A stretch of 64,000 nt of DNA from positions 33,951 through 97,950 of the forward strand of contig JBFIES010000012.1 of NCBI GenBank assembly GCA_041603235.1. Direction: 5' to 3'. A program made the position numbers and the translations under genes. Shown piece by piece: positions 28,960-40,552 of this stretch (positions are counted from its first letter, which is position 1; the number at the start of each line of letters is the position of its first letter). The DNA is from Panacagrimonas sp. Its GTDB lineage: Bacteria; Pseudomonadota; Gammaproteobacteria; Nevskiales; Nevskiaceae. The notes under the pieces are model-generated. The model was not told where the DNA came from, did no database searches, and was given only the letters and a program-made list of their open reading frames with translations.

Positions 28960-31653
28960 TCAGGCGGCTCCGAGCTTGATGCTGGTACCGGGAACAGCAA
29001 ACGGCACACCGGCAAAACCCTGCGGCAGTCCGACACTACCAGCAGGCAGGCTCTCGCTGATGCGGACCGGGAGGTTTACCGTGACCTGCCCCAGCGTCAC
29101 CTGCGCCTGATCCTTCAGGCCCAGGCTATCGGCATCTTTCTGGCTGACAAACACACAGCTTTGCGGGATGCGCTTCTGGATCACAGCGGCGCGGGCACTT
29201 TGTTCTTCGCTACCGAAGATATGGTGGATCGCGACAAGCTTGAGGCCGTCCGAGCCAGCGGCCTGATCAGCACCGAAGTAGGTAATGCCTGCGTCCGGAT
29301 CCGTCACCAAGACCGGTTCACCGGAATCCCCGCCCTTCATTTCGCCGCCCACTTCCGCCTGGAACTTGTTCCAGGCCTGCGGAGAATTCCAGCCCGGCGC
29401 CCAGGCAAACGGCAGCAGCTCCGAAGGTCGATCCAGTTTCATGGAGCCGTTGGCGCCTTCCATGGAGAAGGCCAGCGCTGAATCTGCATCCTGCGTTGCG
29501 CGCGGCTCGTGGACAGACAGGTTGGCGCGCATTGCGGTTCGACCGGAATAGCGATGCGGTGCACGGGCGACTTTCATGCCCTTCAATCGGAACTGTGCGT
29601 TCGGTGCGGTTTCAGTGATGACCGAGAACTGGCTCATCTCTTTGGCGCATTGCGCTGTGACGTCGTCGAGGGACTGCCAGACCTGTTCAGACATGCCAGC
29701 ACACCAGCGCCAGGCATCCTGCACTGCAACGCTGCGGTCGTAATAGGTGGGATCGAAGACCTGGAAGAAGCGCTGCGCGCGCCCTTCGCAATTGACAAAG
29801 GTGCCGTCGGTTTCAAACACAGTGCCCGCCGGCAGCAAGAGGTCGGCGTGTTCGCTGGTGGCGGTCATCTGATGATCAATCACGATCACCCGAGCCTTGC
29901 TTTGCAGTGCGGCGTCGACCAGAGATTTTTCGGCGCGGCGGTACAGGTCGTTCTCCAGCACCACCAGAACATCGACCTCGCCATTCGCGGCAGCCTGCAA
30001 GCCCGCTTCCACGTCCGGCGCTCCGAACAGCGACACGCCGAGACTGTTGGCCTCAGGCACGGAAAGACTCAGACCGACGTCCTTGTCTTTCTTCTTGAGG
30101 CTCCAGGCAACATTGGCGGCCGCCTGAATAATGGAGGCAGAGCCTGCCGCAGTTCCAGAAACAATCAGCGGTTTGTTTGCTGCCAGCAGCGCATCGGCAA
30201 TTTCGTCAGCCAGTTTGGTCGCTTCCTCACCAAGTCCGGCTGGAGCTGGCGAACTGGCGTCAATGCGATGCGCGATGGCATGGCCAATCTGCGCAAGACG
30301 TTCCGGATTGGCACGCAGCAGCGCACTGGCAATGTCATCCAGACGAGAGGCTTCTGGTGTTGCGACGAACACTGGATTGCGCTGTTGCTGCACCAGATCC
30401 GCCAGTGAGATGACCTGCCATTCGGGGATATTTTTCTTTGCGCCCTCGGTCACCATCTTGCCGCGAGCGGCCTGGCGTACGGCAAGCGCGACGCGCGGTG
30501 CGGTTTGCGTGCTGTCTTCACCGAGCACCAGAACACAGTCCGCTTCTTCGATATCGCGAATATTCGCCGCGCCGACCGGACCGCGAAGAATCTTTGCAGT
30601 CAGCTCGATAAGTTCGTGTTCGTGCCGGGCAATGCCGCTGTTGAAACGGTCCGCACCCACCAGCTTGCGCAGTGCGAAGTTGGACTCCAGGGATGCGCGG
30701 GGCGACCCAATACCGAGAATCTTGCTCGCGCCTGCAACGATGGCGCGTGCTTGTTCGGCGCCGACTTCGGCTGACACCGTTTTGCGACGTGTCTCGACCT
30801 TCAGAACTGGCTGTTTGGGCCGATCCTTGTTATTGGTAAATCCATAGCCGAAACGGCCGCGGTCACAGAGAAAATATCCGTTGAGCGCACCGTGGTAGCG
30901 GTTCTCGATTCGACGCACTTCACCGTATCGCTCACCCGGTGACACATTGCAGCCCATCGCGCAGCCAGAGCAGATGCTCGGCGCGTATTGCATGTCCCAC
31001 TTGCGCGTATATTTTTCGGAATGAGTCTGATCCGTGAAGACACCGGTGGGGCAGACTTCGGTGAGGTTGCCACTGAACTCACTTTCGAGCACGCCATCTT
31101 CGGCACGACCGAAGTACACGTTTGAGGCTGCGCCGTACACGCCAAGATCAGTTCCGCCAGCGTAGTCGCGGTAATAACGCACGCAGCGGTAGCAGCTGAT
31201 GCAGCGATTCATCTCATGCCCAATGAAGGGTCCGAGGTCCTGATTCAGGTGCGTTCGCTTGTCGAACCGGTAACTACGCGAATGATGCTTTGTCATCACC
31301 GTCATGTCCTGCAAATGACAGTGACCACCTTCTTCGCAGACCGGGCAGTCGTGCGGGTGGTTGGTCATCAGGAACTCGATGATGGCTTCGCGAAACTCGA
31401 CCGCCTCTTCGTCGGCAATCGAGATGTACATGTCGTCCTGCGCCTGGGTCATGCAGGACATGACAATACGACCGTTCTTGTCGTCGGCATCGCGATACTG
31501 CTTGACCGCGCATTGGCGGCAGGCACCTACGCTGCCCAGCGCCGGATGCCAGCAGAAATACGGGATATCCAGACCCAGCGACAGACAGGCCTGCAGCAGG
31601 TTGTCGCTGCCACTGACCTCAAAGTCTTTACCGTCGACGTGAATCTTTGCCAT
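28960..31653 (-). CDS. nuoG: NADH:quinone oxidoreductase subunit G
   Basis: [47 protein letters not shown] (N7-type). Confidence 0.98.
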   Translation of the reverse strand: MAKIHVDGKDFEVSGSDNLLQACLSLGLDIPYFCWHPALGSVGACRQCAVKQYRDADDKNGRIVMSCMTQAQDDMYISIADEEAVEFREAIIEFLMTNHPHDCPVCEEGGHCHLQDMTVMTKHHSRSYRFDKRTHLNQDLGPFIGHEMNRCISCYRCVRYYRDYAGGTDLGVYGAASNVYFGRAEDGVLESEFSGNLTEVCPTGVFTDQTHSEKYTRKWDMQYAPSICSGCAMGCNVSPGERYGEVRRIENRYHGALNGYFLCDRGRFGYGFTNNKDRPKQPVLKVETRRKTVSAEVGAEQARAIVAGASKILGIGSPRASLESNFALRKLVGADRFNSGIARHEHELIELTAKILRGPVGAANIRDIEEADCVLVLGEDSTQTAPRVALAVRQAARGKMVTEGAKKNIPEWQVISLADLVQQQRNPVFVATPEASRLDDIASALLRANPERLAQIGHAIAHRIDASSPAPAGLGEEATKLADEIADALLAANKPLIVSGTAAGSASIIQAAANVAWSLKKKDKDVGLSLSVPEANSLGVSLFGAPDVEAGLQAAANGEVDVLVVLENDLYRRAEKSLVDAALQSKARVIVIDHQMTATSEHADLLLPAGTVFETDGTFVNCEGRAQRFFQVFDPTYYDRSVAVQDAWRWCAGMSEQVWQSLDDVTAQCAKEMSQFSVITETAPNAQFRLKGMKVARAPHRYSGRTAMRANLSVHEPRATQDADSALAFSMEGANGSMKLDRPSELLPFAWAPGWNSPQAWNKFQAEVGGEMKGGDSGEPVLVTDPDAGITYFGADQAAGSDGLKLVAIHHIFGSEEQSARAAVIQKRIPQSCVFVSQKDADSLGLKDQAQVTLGQVTVNLPVRISESLPAGSVGLPQGFAGVPFAVPGTSIKLGAA

Positions 31654-31670
31654 GCGCCTGTGCCGTCTGA

Positions 31671-32975
31671 TTAAGCGGTGACCGCGGCTGATGCCGCTGG
31701 TTCGGAACGAATACCTGCCTCGAATTCTTCACGGAAGAACTTGATGGCAGACTGCAGCGGCTCCATTGCACCGGGCGCATGCGCACAGAACGTGCGACCC
31801 GGGCCCAGTTGCCGCGTCAGTTTCATTAATTGATCAATATCTCCGGGCTTGCCCTGCCCTTTTTCAATTGCGCGAAGAATACGCACGGACCAGGGCAGCC
31901 CGTCGCGGCATGGCGTGCACCAGCCGCAGGATTCACGCGCAAAGAATTCTTCCAGATTACGAACGGCGGAGACCATGCTCTGGCCTTCTGCCATCACGGT
32001 GATCTGGCCCGTACCCATGCGCGATCCGGCTTTGGAAATCGTGTCGAAATCCATCGGCAGGTCAAGGTGCTCGGGCAACAGAAAATCAGTCGATGCGCCT
32101 CCAGGCAGCCAGGCCTTGAGTTTCTTGCCGTCGCGCATACCGCCGGCATGCTCTTCCAGCAGTTCGCGCGCCGTGGTACCGAAAGGCAATTCCCATGTTC
32201 CCGGCTTGTTGGCACGACCCGAACATCCATAGAGCTTGGTGCCACCGTCCTTGGTCTTGCCCTGACTCAGGCCCTTGAACCAGTCGCCACCATTGATGAC
32301 GATGCCCGGAATATTGCACAGCGTCTCGACGTTGTTGACCACCGTCGGCCGGCCCCACAAACCACTGATGGCTGGAAACGGCGGCTTTGCACGCGGATTG
32401 GCGCGACGGCCTTCCAGCGAATTGATCAACGCGGTTTCTTCGCCGCAAATGTAGCGACCCGCTCCGGTGTGGACGAAGCAGTCATAGCCCCAGCCGGTGC
32501 CTAGAATGTTCTTGCCAAGCAGCCCTGCGGCGCGCGCCTCGGCCAGCGCCTTGTTGAGATTCTGCGCAGCCTTGATGTACTCGCCACGGAGGAAGATATA
32601 ACCGGTGCAGGCACCGATGGCGTAAGCCGCCACGATCATCGCCTCCACCATGAGGTGCGGCGCATCTTCCATCAACAGGCGGTCCTTGAACGTGCCAGGC
32701 TCCATCTCGTCGGCATTGCAGACCAGATACTTGGCCCCTGAATCCGGCCCCATGGGGACCAGACTCCACTTGATGCCTGTGGGGAAGCCCGCACCGCCGC
32801 GGCCACGGAGGTTGGCGTCCTTGACGGCCTTTTGCACGGCAAGCGGATCGCCATCCTTGATGGCTTTTCTCAGGCCCGCATAACCACCGACCTTTTCGTA
32901 AGCCTTGAGGTCCAGCGGGCCGCGTGCCTTGTCGATGCTGTACGTCAGCGGATGGGTTTCTGCACTGATCTTCAT
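31671..32975 (-). CDS. nuoF: NADH:quinone oxidoreductase subunit F
   Basis: [37 protein letters not shown]. Confidence 0.99.
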   Translation of the reverse strand: MKISAETHPLTYSIDKARGPLDLKAYEKVGGYAGLRKAIKDGDPLAVQKAVKDANLRGRGGAGFPTGIKWSLVPMGPDSGAKYLVCNADEMEPGTFKDRLLMEDAPHLMVEAMIVAAYAIGACTGYIFLRGEYIKAAQNLNKALAEARAAGLLGKNILGTGWGYDCFVHTGAGRYICGEETALINSLEGRRANPRAKPPFPAISGLWGRPTVVNNVETLCNIPGIVINGGDWFKGLSQGKTKDGGTKLYGCSGRANKPGTWELPFGTTARELLEEHAGGMRDGKKLKAWLPGGASTDFLLPEHLDLPMDFDTISKAGSRMGTGQITVMAEGQSMVSAVRNLEEFFARESCGWCTPCRDGLPWSVRILRAIEKGQGKPGDIDQLMKLTRQLGPGRTFCAHAPGAMEPLQSAIKFFREEFEAGIRSEPAASAAVTA

Positions 32976-33484
32976 TCGTATCCGCCCAGAATCTTGTCGA
33001 TGCCCGAGACACTCACATCGCTGTGCAGGTCTTCGTCAATCATCAGCGTCGGGCCGCGGTCACAGTTGCCCAGACAGCAGATCGGCAACAGGGTGAACTT
33101 CTGATCCGGCGTGGTCTGTCCCATCTTGATGCCTAGCCTGGATTCCAGACCGTCCCGCAGTTCGTCATAACCTGTGAGGTGACAAGAAATGCTGTCACAA
33201 ACAGTGATGACATGGCGCCCGACCGGCTGCCGAAAAATCAGGCTGTAGAACGTGGCAACGCCTTCCAGGTCAGCTGCATCGGTACCGATCATGCTGGCAA
33301 TGGGGCCGATCGCCGCGTCTGGCACCCAGCCGCGATATTTCTGCACGATCTTCAGCGCGCCGATGCTCGCCGCACGGGTATCAGGATAGTGATGCATCTC
33401 CTCGGCAATCTCGGCGCGCTCGGCATCACTGAGCACAAACGGCTCCGCCTTGTTGAGGTCTGCAAGTTTGACGACGTTTTCCAT
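32972..33484 (-). CDS. nuoE: NADH:quinone oxidoreductase subunit E
   Basis: [22 protein letters not shown]; ATG at 33484. Confidence 0.97.
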   Translation of the reverse strand: MENVVKLADLNKAEPFVLSDAERAEIAEEMHHYPDTRAASIGALKIVQKYRGWVPDAAIGPIASMIGTDAADLEGVATFYSLIFRQPVGRHVITVCDSISCHLTGYDELRDGLESRLGIKMGQTTPDQKFTLLPICCLGNCDRGPTLMIDEDLHSDVSVSGIDKILGGYE

Positions 33485-33485
33485 A

Positions 33486-35258
33486 TCAGCGATCGACATC
33501 CGCCATGACGAAATCAATGGAAGCAATATAAGCAATCAGATCGGGAATCATGTGGCCATTGATGGCCGCTGGAATCTGCTGCAGATGCGCAAAACTAGGG
33601 GTTCGGATGCGCGTGCGATAACTCATGGTGCTGCCATCCGACACACTGTAATAGCTGTTCAAGCCCTTGGTGGCCTCGATCATGGTCATCGACTCGCCGG
33701 GCGGGATCACCGGGCCCCAGCTCACACCCAGGAAGTGCGTGATCAGGGTTTCGATGTCGTGCAGCGCACGCTCTTTGGGCGGCGGACAGGTCAGCGGATG
33801 ATCTGCCTTGAAGGCCCCTGAAGGCATGTTGTTGAGACATTGCTCGATGATGCGCATCGACTGGCGAATCTCTTCAGCACGCAGGATGGCGCGCGTGTAG
33901 ACATCGCTGGTGTCGGCAAGCGGCACTTCAAAATCGAAATTCTCGTAGCCGGAATAGGGCCGCGCCTTGCGCAGATCAAAGTTGCAGCCGGCTGCGCGCA
34001 ACCCGGGGCCGGTCACACCCCATTCCTGAGCTTCGGCAGCGTCATAGGCGGCAACACCCTTGGAACGCGAAATCAGAACCGCATTCTTCAGCGCGGCCTT
34101 CTCGTACTCGTCCATGCGTGGGCGCAGCCAGTCGAGGAACTCGCGAACCTTTACTTCCCAGCCCTTGGGCAGGTCGTGGGCCACACCGCCGATACGGAAC
34201 CAGGCCGGGTGCATGCGGAACCCGGTAACAGCCTCGATGACGTCATATGCCTTCTGGCGATCGACGAACATGAAGAACACCGGGCTCATGGCACCGACAT
34301 CCTGACAATAGGTGCCGTAGAACAGAAGGTGCGAGGTGATGCGGAAAAATTCCGACATCATCACGCGGATGGTCTGCACGCGATCAGGAACCTTGATGCC
34401 CGCCAGCTTCTCCACGTTGAGCACGTAGGGCAGGTTGTTCATCACACCGCCGAGGTAATCGATACGGTCGGTGTAGGGAATATAAGAGTGCCAGGACTGA
34501 CGCTCGGCCATCTTCTCGGCGCCACGATGGTGATAGCCGATGTCGGGCACGCAGTCGACGATTTCTTCGCCATCCAGCTGAAGCACAATACGGAACGCAC
34601 CATGCGCGCTCGGGTGGTTGGGGCCCAGATTCAGGAACATGAAATCCGAATCGGCGTTGCCCCGCTTCATGCCCCAATCTTCAGGCTTGAACAGCAGCGC
34701 TTCCTGATCCAGATCCTGACGCATCTGATCGAGCAGGAAGGGGTCGAATTCGGTCGCGCGCGCAGCATAGTCCTTGCGGCCGGGATGCCCTTCCCAACGC
34801 GGCGGCAGAAGAATACGACGCAGGTTGGGGTGGCCGTCGAAGGTCACACCAAACAGATCCCAGGCCTCGCGTTCATACCAATTGGCATTGGCATAGACCG
34901 ACACGCAACTCGGCAGCGAGGGCGCATCACCCTTGAGCGCCACTTTGAGGCGAATATCCGCGTTGCGGTCAATCGACAGCAACTGATAAACCACGGTGAA
35001 ATCGCTGTCCGGCTGGCCGTCACGATGCTTGCGGACGCGCTCGTCGATGGCAGTGAGATCAAACAGCATGCGGTAGGGGCGCTCGACCTCGTTCTTCAGG
35101 TACTTGAGCACCGCGATGATCTGGCCCGGCTCAACCCACAGGGTCGGCACATCATCCACAGTCACCTGAAAACGGAAGCTGCCCTCGCCGAAACGGCGAT
35201 GAAGCTCACGCACGATGTCGTGCTGCAAGCCGGTTGCGGGAGGCGCGTCGTCTGCCAT
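33486..35258 (-). CDS. nuoC: NADH:quinone oxidoreductase fused subunit C/D
   Basis: NuoC motifs ([16 protein letters not shown]) continue in one 590-aa frame into NuoD motifs ([30 protein letters not shown]). Confidence 0.98.
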   Translation of the reverse strand: MADDAPPATGLQHDIVRELHRRFGEGSFRFQVTVDDVPTLWVEPGQIIAVLKYLKNEVERPYRMLFDLTAIDERVRKHRDGQPDSDFTVVYQLLSIDRNADIRLKVALKGDAPSLPSCVSVYANANWYEREAWDLFGVTFDGHPNLRRILLPPRWEGHPGRKDYAARATEFDPFLLDQMRQDLDQEALLFKPEDWGMKRGNADSDFMFLNLGPNHPSAHGAFRIVLQLDGEEIVDCVPDIGYHHRGAEKMAERQSWHSYIPYTDRIDYLGGVMNNLPYVLNVEKLAGIKVPDRVQTIRVMMSEFFRITSHLLFYGTYCQDVGAMSPVFFMFVDRQKAYDVIEAVTGFRMHPAWFRIGGVAHDLPKGWEVKVREFLDWLRPRMDEYEKAALKNAVLISRSKGVAAYDAAEAQEWGVTGPGLRAAGCNFDLRKARPYSGYENFDFEVPLADTSDVYTRAILRAEEIRQSMRIIEQCLNNMPSGAFKADHPLTCPPPKERALHDIETLITHFLGVSWGPVIPPGESMTMIEATKGLNSYYSVSDGSTMSYRTRIRTPSFAHLQQIPAAINGHMIPDLIAYIASIDFVMADVDR

Positions 35259-35267
35259 CTGGGCCTC

Positions 35268-35936
35268 TTAGACTGAATCCGGGGAGCGCAGGTGCGTGGC
35301 CTTCACGCGCTCTGCATGCTTGACGTCACGCTGGGCCGGCAGGTTTGCCCGGTAAATGCCCTGCTCGCCAACCACCCAGGACAGCGGCCGGCGCTCCTTG
35401 CCAATGGAGTCCTGCAGCAGGTTCAAGGCCTGCAGAAACGCCTCCGGCCGTGGCGGGCAGCCTGGAATATAGACATCAACCGGCAGGAATTTGTCCACAC
35501 CCTGCACCACGGAATAGATGTCATACATGCCACCGGAATTGGCGCAGGCGCCCATGCTGATGACCCACTTCGGCTCCAGCATCTGCTCGTACAGGCGCTG
35601 CACCACCGGCGCCATCTTGATGAAGCAGGTGCCGGCAATGACGATCAGATCCGCCTGCCGCGGGGTGGCGCGAATGACTTCGGCACCAAAACGAGCAAGG
35701 TCATGCGTGGGCGTGAAGGCGGTGGCCATCTCCACGTAGCAGCAGGACAGGCCGAAGTTGTACGGCCAGATCGAATTCTTGCGCCCCCAGTTCACACCGT
35801 TATGGAGCATTGTTTCCAGCTTGCCCATGAAGATGTTCTTGTGCACCTGCGTTTCCATCGGGTCGGGGCCCGTGGTGCGCGTGTGCATCGGGTAGGTCTG
35901 CTTGTCTTTGTCGACGCGTGTGAGGGTGTATTCCAT
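35268..35936 (-). CDS. nuoB: NADH:quinone oxidoreductase subunit B
   Basis: [37 protein letters not shown]. Confidence 0.99.
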   Translation of the reverse strand: MEYTLTRVDKDKQTYPMHTRTTGPDPMETQVHKNIFMGKLETMLHNGVNWGRKNSIWPYNFGLSCCYVEMATAFTPTHDLARFGAEVIRATPRQADLIVIAGTCFIKMAPVVQRLYEQMLEPKWVISMGACANSGGMYDIYSVVQGVDKFLPVDVYIPGCPPRPEAFLQALNLLQDSIGKERRPLSWVVGEQGIYRANLPAQRDVKHAERVKATHLRSPDSV

Positions 35937-35946
35937 GGTTTAGAGC

Positions 35947-36396
35947 TCAGGCTCCCTCGGAGTTGGTCAGGCGCGCGCGATCGGCGGCCTTCTTGCGCTC
36001 TGCCAGTTTGCGGCGACCATCAGGTGCCCATTCGAGCCCCCCAATTTTCCACAGGTAGAACAGACTGGCGAGCAGAATGGAGATAAAGACGAAGGCCTCG
36101 ATCAGGCCCGGCCAGCCGGATTCGCGCACGCTGATCGCCCAGGCGAACAGAAACACGGCTTCCACGTCAAAGATCACGAAGAACATGGCGACCAGATAAA
36201 ACTTGGCCGACAGGCGCATGTTGGTCGAACCCACGCCGACCACACCGGACTCGAAAGGCTCGTTCTTGGCGCGCCCCCAGGCACTACCACCCAAGAGCCA
36301 TGAAAGGCCCAGCATGATGGCGATAATCACCACCACGAGCCCGACGTAAGCCGCGATTGCCCACGCTTCGGTTGGAACCGATGCTGCTCCCGTCAT
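35947..36396 (-). CDS. nuoA: NADH:quinone oxidoreductase subunit A
   Basis: [27 protein letters not shown]. Confidence 0.97.
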   Translation of the reverse strand: MTGAASVPTEAWAIAAYVGLVVVIIAIMLGLSWLLGGSAWGRAKNEPFESGVVGVGSTNMRLSAKFYLVAMFFVIFDVEAVFLFAWAISVRESGWPGLIEAFVFISILLASLFYLWKIGGLEWAPDGRRKLAERKKAADRARLTNSEGA

Positions 36397-36567
36397 ACCT
36401 TGTCGTCCATCATTGGATCGTTTCGAGTGCGTCCGGAGATGCCCATCAAATGGATCATCCGAACGGTGATGATTCGGAATTGTAACGAAGATGCCCGCGA
36501 CTGGGGGAACGAACAGTCCGCCTGTTAGCCCAGACGGAATTTTCTGCGCCCGGCGCAGCTCATGCGA

Positions 36568-37623
36568 TCACACGATCGGGGGCTCCTCACCGTCCAGTGT
36601 CCGCACATCGGTTTCCATCTGATCCACAGCCAATGCTGTCTCTGCAGGCGCATCAAATGTGGCGATGTGGAATAGGGCATCGCCCTCATGAATCAATGGC
36701 AGATTGAGCCGACCGATGACCACACCTTCCGATGGCGCCACCACCGCTGTTTCCTCCATCCCGAACGGGTCACCAATGATTCCCAGCACCTGCCCTTCCT
36801 CCACGTGCACACCCAGATCAAGGTGGACCCGCAAAATGCCGCTCTGGGGGGCGCGCACCCAATAGCTCGAATGAGCCAGCACCGGCTCCGACCCCATTGA
36901 GGGCTCAACCGGCGCCGGCAACATCCCCATCTCGACCATGACATTGATGACGCCCTGCGTACCAATGCGTATGGCGGTTTCGTCGAAACGCAGGGCCTCC
37001 CCCGCCTCATAAAGAATGACGGGAATGCTCTTTTTGGTGGTGTACTCGCGCAGCGTTCCGGAAACTGGCCGCGAATCCAGGAACAGCGCCGTACCAAATG
37101 CCTTGGCGAGACGCTGGTTGGTCTCATTGCGCAGATCGGTGCGAATTTGCGGCAGATTGGGCCGGTGGATCGCGCCCGTGTGCAGGTCCACACCAAAATC
37201 GCAGCGCCCCACTACTTCGTTCACGAACAAATAGGCCAGGCGCGCCGCCAGTGAGCCGGTCTCGCTGCCGGGAAAACTGCGATTCAGATCCCGCCGATCC
37301 GGCAGATAACGGGATTGATGGATAAAAGCCATTGTGTTGACCACGGGCACCGCGACCACAGTGCCGCTCAGGTCTTCCAGTTCTGGAAGATTGAGTACGC
37401 GGCGCACGATCTCCACACCATTGATTTCGTCGCCATGCAGCGCGGCACTGACAAACATGGTCGGCCCGGCCTTCTGGCCTCGCACCACGACCACCGGCAG
37501 TTCCACCGGCGTGTTCGTGTAAAGGCTGGCCACCGGAATCTGCAGGCTCACGCGCGAGCCTGGCGCCACCTCACGACCTGCAATCACGAACGGCGCCGCC
37601 CAAGGGTCTTGGCCCATATTCAT
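36568..37623 (-). CDS. Succinylglutamate desuccinylase/aspartoacylase family (M14-like) hydrolase
   Basis: AALHGDEING, DLNRSFPG, VDLHTG, YEAGE. Confidence 0.92.
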   Translation of the reverse strand: MNMGQDPWAAPFVIAGREVAPGSRVSLQIPVASLYTNTPVELPVVVVRGQKAGPTMFVSAALHGDEINGVEIVRRVLNLPELEDLSGTVVAVPVVNTMAFIHQSRYLPDRRDLNRSFPGSETGSLAARLAYLFVNEVVGRCDFGVDLHTGAIHRPNLPQIRTDLRNETNQRLAKAFGTALFLDSRPVSGTLREYTTKKSIPVILYEAGEALRFDETAIRIGTQGVINVMVEMGMLPAPVEPSMGSEPVLAHSSYWVRAPQSGILRVHLDLGVHVEEGQVLGIIGDPFGMEETAVVAPSEGVVIGRLNLPLIHEGDALFHIATFDAPAETALAVDQMETDVRTLDGEEPPIV

Positions 37624-37626
37624 CTC

Positions 37627-38532
37627 TCAGCCTTTGCCACGGGTGCGCGTCTTGCCCGGGCGCGCATTGTCTTCAATGAAAGCAATGATGCGCGCCGCGA
37701 CATCCACACCCGTAACCTTCTCAATGCCTTCCAGGCCGGGTGAGGAATTCACCTCCATCACCACCGGGCCATCCTTGGCTCTCAGAATATCGACGCCGGC
37801 CACATTCAAGCCGAGAACACGCGCGGCGCGCACCGCGGTTTCGCGCTCCTTCGGCGTGATCTTCACCTTTGTAGCCGAGCCGCCACGATGCAGGTTGGAG
37901 CGAAACTCGCCCTCTTTGGCCTGACGCATCATCGAAGCGACCACACGCTCGCCCACTACAAAGCAACGGATATCCGCTCCATTGGCTTCCTTGACGAAAT
38001 GCTGCACCAGAAAATGCGCGTCCAGATCGCGGAACGCGTCGATAACGGAACTCGCAGCCTTGTTGGTTTCACACAGCACAATGCCGCGACCCTGCGTACC
38101 TTGGGTCAGCTTGACCACGCAGGGCGCACCACCGACCAGATCAATCAGATCTGCGGTGTCATCCGGGGCATGTGCAAATCCGGTGACCGGCATGCCAATT
38201 CCCTTGCGCGCCAGCAACTGATGCGCGCGCAGCTTGTCCCGCGAGCGCGTGATGGCCACCGACTCGTTCAAAGAAAAGACGCCCTGCATCTCAAACTGCC
38301 GGACCACCGCGGTGCCATAAAACGTGACGCTGGAGCCGATACGCGGTATGACCGCGTCAAAGCCGGTCAACTGCTGTCCCTGATAGTGAATCTCAGGATG
38401 ATTGGGCTCGATGTTCATGTAGCAGCGCAGCACGTTGACGATCTGTGTCTCGTGTCCGCGCGCAGCAGCAGCCTCGACCAGGCGACGCGTCGAGTAGAGA
38501 TTTGCGTTACGGGAAAGTATTCCGATTTTCAT
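37627..38532 (-). CDS. rimK: RimK ATP-grasp alpha-L-glutamate ligase
   Basis: [42 protein letters not shown]. Confidence 0.97.
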   Translation of the reverse strand: MKIGILSRNANLYSTRRLVEAAAARGHETQIVNVLRCYMNIEPNHPEIHYQGQQLTGFDAVIPRIGSSVTFYGTAVVRQFEMQGVFSLNESVAITRSRDKLRAHQLLARKGIGMPVTGFAHAPDDTADLIDLVGGAPCVVKLTQGTQGRGIVLCETNKAASSVIDAFRDLDAHFLVQHFVKEANGADIRCFVVGERVVASMMRQAKEGEFRSNLHRGGSATKVKITPKERETAVRAARVLGLNVAGVDILRAKDGPVVMEVNSSPGLEGIEKVTGVDVAARIIAFIEDNARPGKTRTRGKG

Positions 38533-38566
38533 CTATTGGGTCCAATTCTGATGCATGGGTTTCAGG

Positions 38567-38983
38567 TCAAGGGCCGGCCACGAAACTGCGTCCAGGATCA
38601 ACCACAAATCGCTCGGCAAGGGCGGTTCGCCCAAGCAACATTCGGAACATCATGCTGTGTCGCGCACTCAAGGTGATTTCGATATTCCAGCGCTGTCCGG
38701 CAAGCACGACTTCACTTGAAATAACCGGACGAAACTCGCGGTGCCCGCCCGAATCGGTCACCCATCGTTCATCCACAATGTCTCGCTCCACCCAGATTTC
38801 GCGATTGCCGCGCTGGTCAGGGTTGATCGCAAAACGCACGCGCGAGGCAGAAATACGGTCAATCGAAAAGGCATGGATGGCGGAGGTTCGGGCGCCGGTA
38901 TCAATCTTTGCCTTGATGCGGTCCACGCCCAGTTCCGGCAGCGCCACCCACTCGCGCCAACCAATGATGGTGGTTTCGCTCAT
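38567..38983 (-). CDS. RimK-associated retropepsin-like protease ('ATP-dependent zinc protease' family)
   Basis: IGWREWV, KAKIDTGARTS, FRMLLGRTAL. Confidence 0.9.
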   Translation of the reverse strand: MSETTIIGWREWVALPELGVDRIKAKIDTGARTSAIHAFSIDRISASRVRFAINPDQRGNREIWVERDIVDERWVTDSGGHREFRPVISSEVVLAGQRWNIEITLSARHSMMFRMLLGRTALAERFVVDPGRSFVAGP

Positions 38984-39086
38984 GAGGTTCCGGGCGGGAA
39001 ACGGTCTGGGAAGTGACGCATGTGATCATGCTATCGCAAGGCCAACTCGCACGCCTTGAATATCCTCAGACGGCAGGATCGAAGGT

Positions 39087-40466
39087 TCAGCGATCCCGGC
39101 GCTGGTGCTTGGCCAGGTCGTGTATCTGCGCAACTTTGTCTTCTCTGCGCTGCTCTATACGCAAGGCCTCACGAACGGACTCACGGTCAACCGAACGGCC
39201 AACCAGGTAATACGTCTGGATCGGTGCGCGACCCTTGATACGAATCGGCTCACGCTCGGCAAAACTGAAAGTCGACCCCAGTGCCTTGCGAGTAGCGGAG
39301 CTCACATGGATTCCGCCCAATGCCGAGGACGCCTGCAACAGGCAGGCGGTGTTGACCGTCTCGCCCCACAAGTCGTAGCAGAAGCGTTTCCGCCCGATGA
39401 CGCCGGCGATCACCGGACCGCTGGCAATGCCAATCCTGAAATGCACTGGCTGGCCACGGTCGGATCGAAATCGCTGCGCAATACTGCGAATACGCAGTGC
39501 CAGTGCCGCGATGCGCTCGGGGTGATCACCGCGCGCCTCGGGAACCCCGCAGGCTGCCATGTAGGAATCGCCCAGCGTCTTGATCTTCTCGACACCGAAG
39601 CGGGCTGCGGCCTCGTCAAACTCCTGAAATAAAGCCTCCAGCAGACCGATGGTCTCCCCGGGCGACATCGTTTCCGCGAGCTTGCTGAACCCTGCAAAAT
39701 CGGCGAAGAGCACACTTGCCGAAGGGTGCAATTCCACAAGGGACTCATCATTGCTCTGCAGCCTCTGGATGATGGAGGGCGGCAGGATATTGCTCAGCAT
39801 CGCATCTGAGCGAAGCCTGGCCAGCCTGATTTGCTCTTTCTGGGCAAATGCCGCGGCACAGCTGCGCATGACCGCCGCATCAATCACCAGGGCAGCAATG
39901 CAGACACAGGCAGCGTTGATCGAGGTGTGCAGGGCCCCCGCCGAATCCATTGGCGAAAGGTTCAATCCCAGCAACAGGGGCGCCAATGCTGCCGGATAGA
40001 TGAGCAGCTTGGCGGGATTGGGCAAGGGCAGCATGACCGCCGTGCCGAGCATGAAGATTGCAAAGATCGACACATCATTTGCCAGGCCCTGAAACGCGAT
40101 GCAGAACCACACGCCCAGCAGGGGAACCGCGACTGCTGCCGCCCAGGAGAAGGTTCGGTCTCGAGCCGCCTTGCTCGGTCCGATGTGACGCAGCGCAAAC
40201 AGGAGCAGCAGAATCGTGAACACACCGAGACGCCAGGCGAATATCTCGTAGTGCGACGGCTCGAGTTCCCAATGCCCCGCAGACCAGGTCCCGTAGTCGA
40301 CAACGGCACACAGAACCAGATTGACAATCAGGGCGACAAGCATTGCCAGGCGCGCTCGTTCATCGCTGACGCGATAACAATGTTCGGCAAACGCGGCTCG
40401 CCCGGCAGGCTGGATCTCATCCAGCCCGAGCAATCGGTTCAGCCTGCCGCCGATGGTCTGACTCAC
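39087..40466 (-). CDS. Membrane-bound class III adenylate/guanylate cyclase
   Basis: About 6 N-terminal TM helices, SVLFADFAGF, EKIKTLGDSYM, YDLWGETVN. Confidence 0.9.
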   Translation of the reverse strand: MSQTIGGRLNRLLGLDEIQPAGRAAFAEHCYRVSDERARLAMLVALIVNLVLCAVVDYGTWSAGHWELEPSHYEIFAWRLGVFTILLLLFALRHIGPSKAARDRTFSWAAAVAVPLLGVWFCIAFQGLANDVSIFAIFMLGTAVMLPLPNPAKLLIYPAALAPLLLGLNLSPMDSAGALHTSINAACVCIAALVIDAAVMRSCAAAFAQKEQIRLARLRSDAMLSNILPPSIIQRLQSNDESLVELHPSASVLFADFAGFSKLAETMSPGETIGLLEALFQEFDEAAARFGVEKIKTLGDSYMAACGVPEARGDHPERIAALALRIRSIAQRFRSDRGQPVHFRIGIASGPVIAGVIGRKRFCYDLWGETVNTACLLQASSALGGIHVSSATRKALGSTFSFAEREPIRIKGRAPIQTYYLVGRSVDRESVREALRIEQRREDKVAQIHDLAKHQRRDR

Positions 40467-40508
40467 CCCTGTATCCCTCGCCTCGTCTGAAGACCTCGCA
40501 CCGCGCGC

Positions 40509-40529
40509 CAGCCCATCAGGGATGGGCTG
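40509..40529. terminator. Hairpin downstream of aceF, possible terminator
   Basis: cagcccatc-agg-gatgggctg perfect 9-bp stem; no clear T-run. Confidence 0.5.
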
Positions 40530-40552
40530 ATATCCGAGCGGTCGATCCGGGG

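Noticed and set aside
33840-35276. 478-aa plus-strand ORF; also 43238..44953, 27846..28979 and 11845..12906
   Set aside because: All are antisense shadows of well-supported genes (nuoCD, aceE, nuoH, antiporter) with no recognisable motifs.
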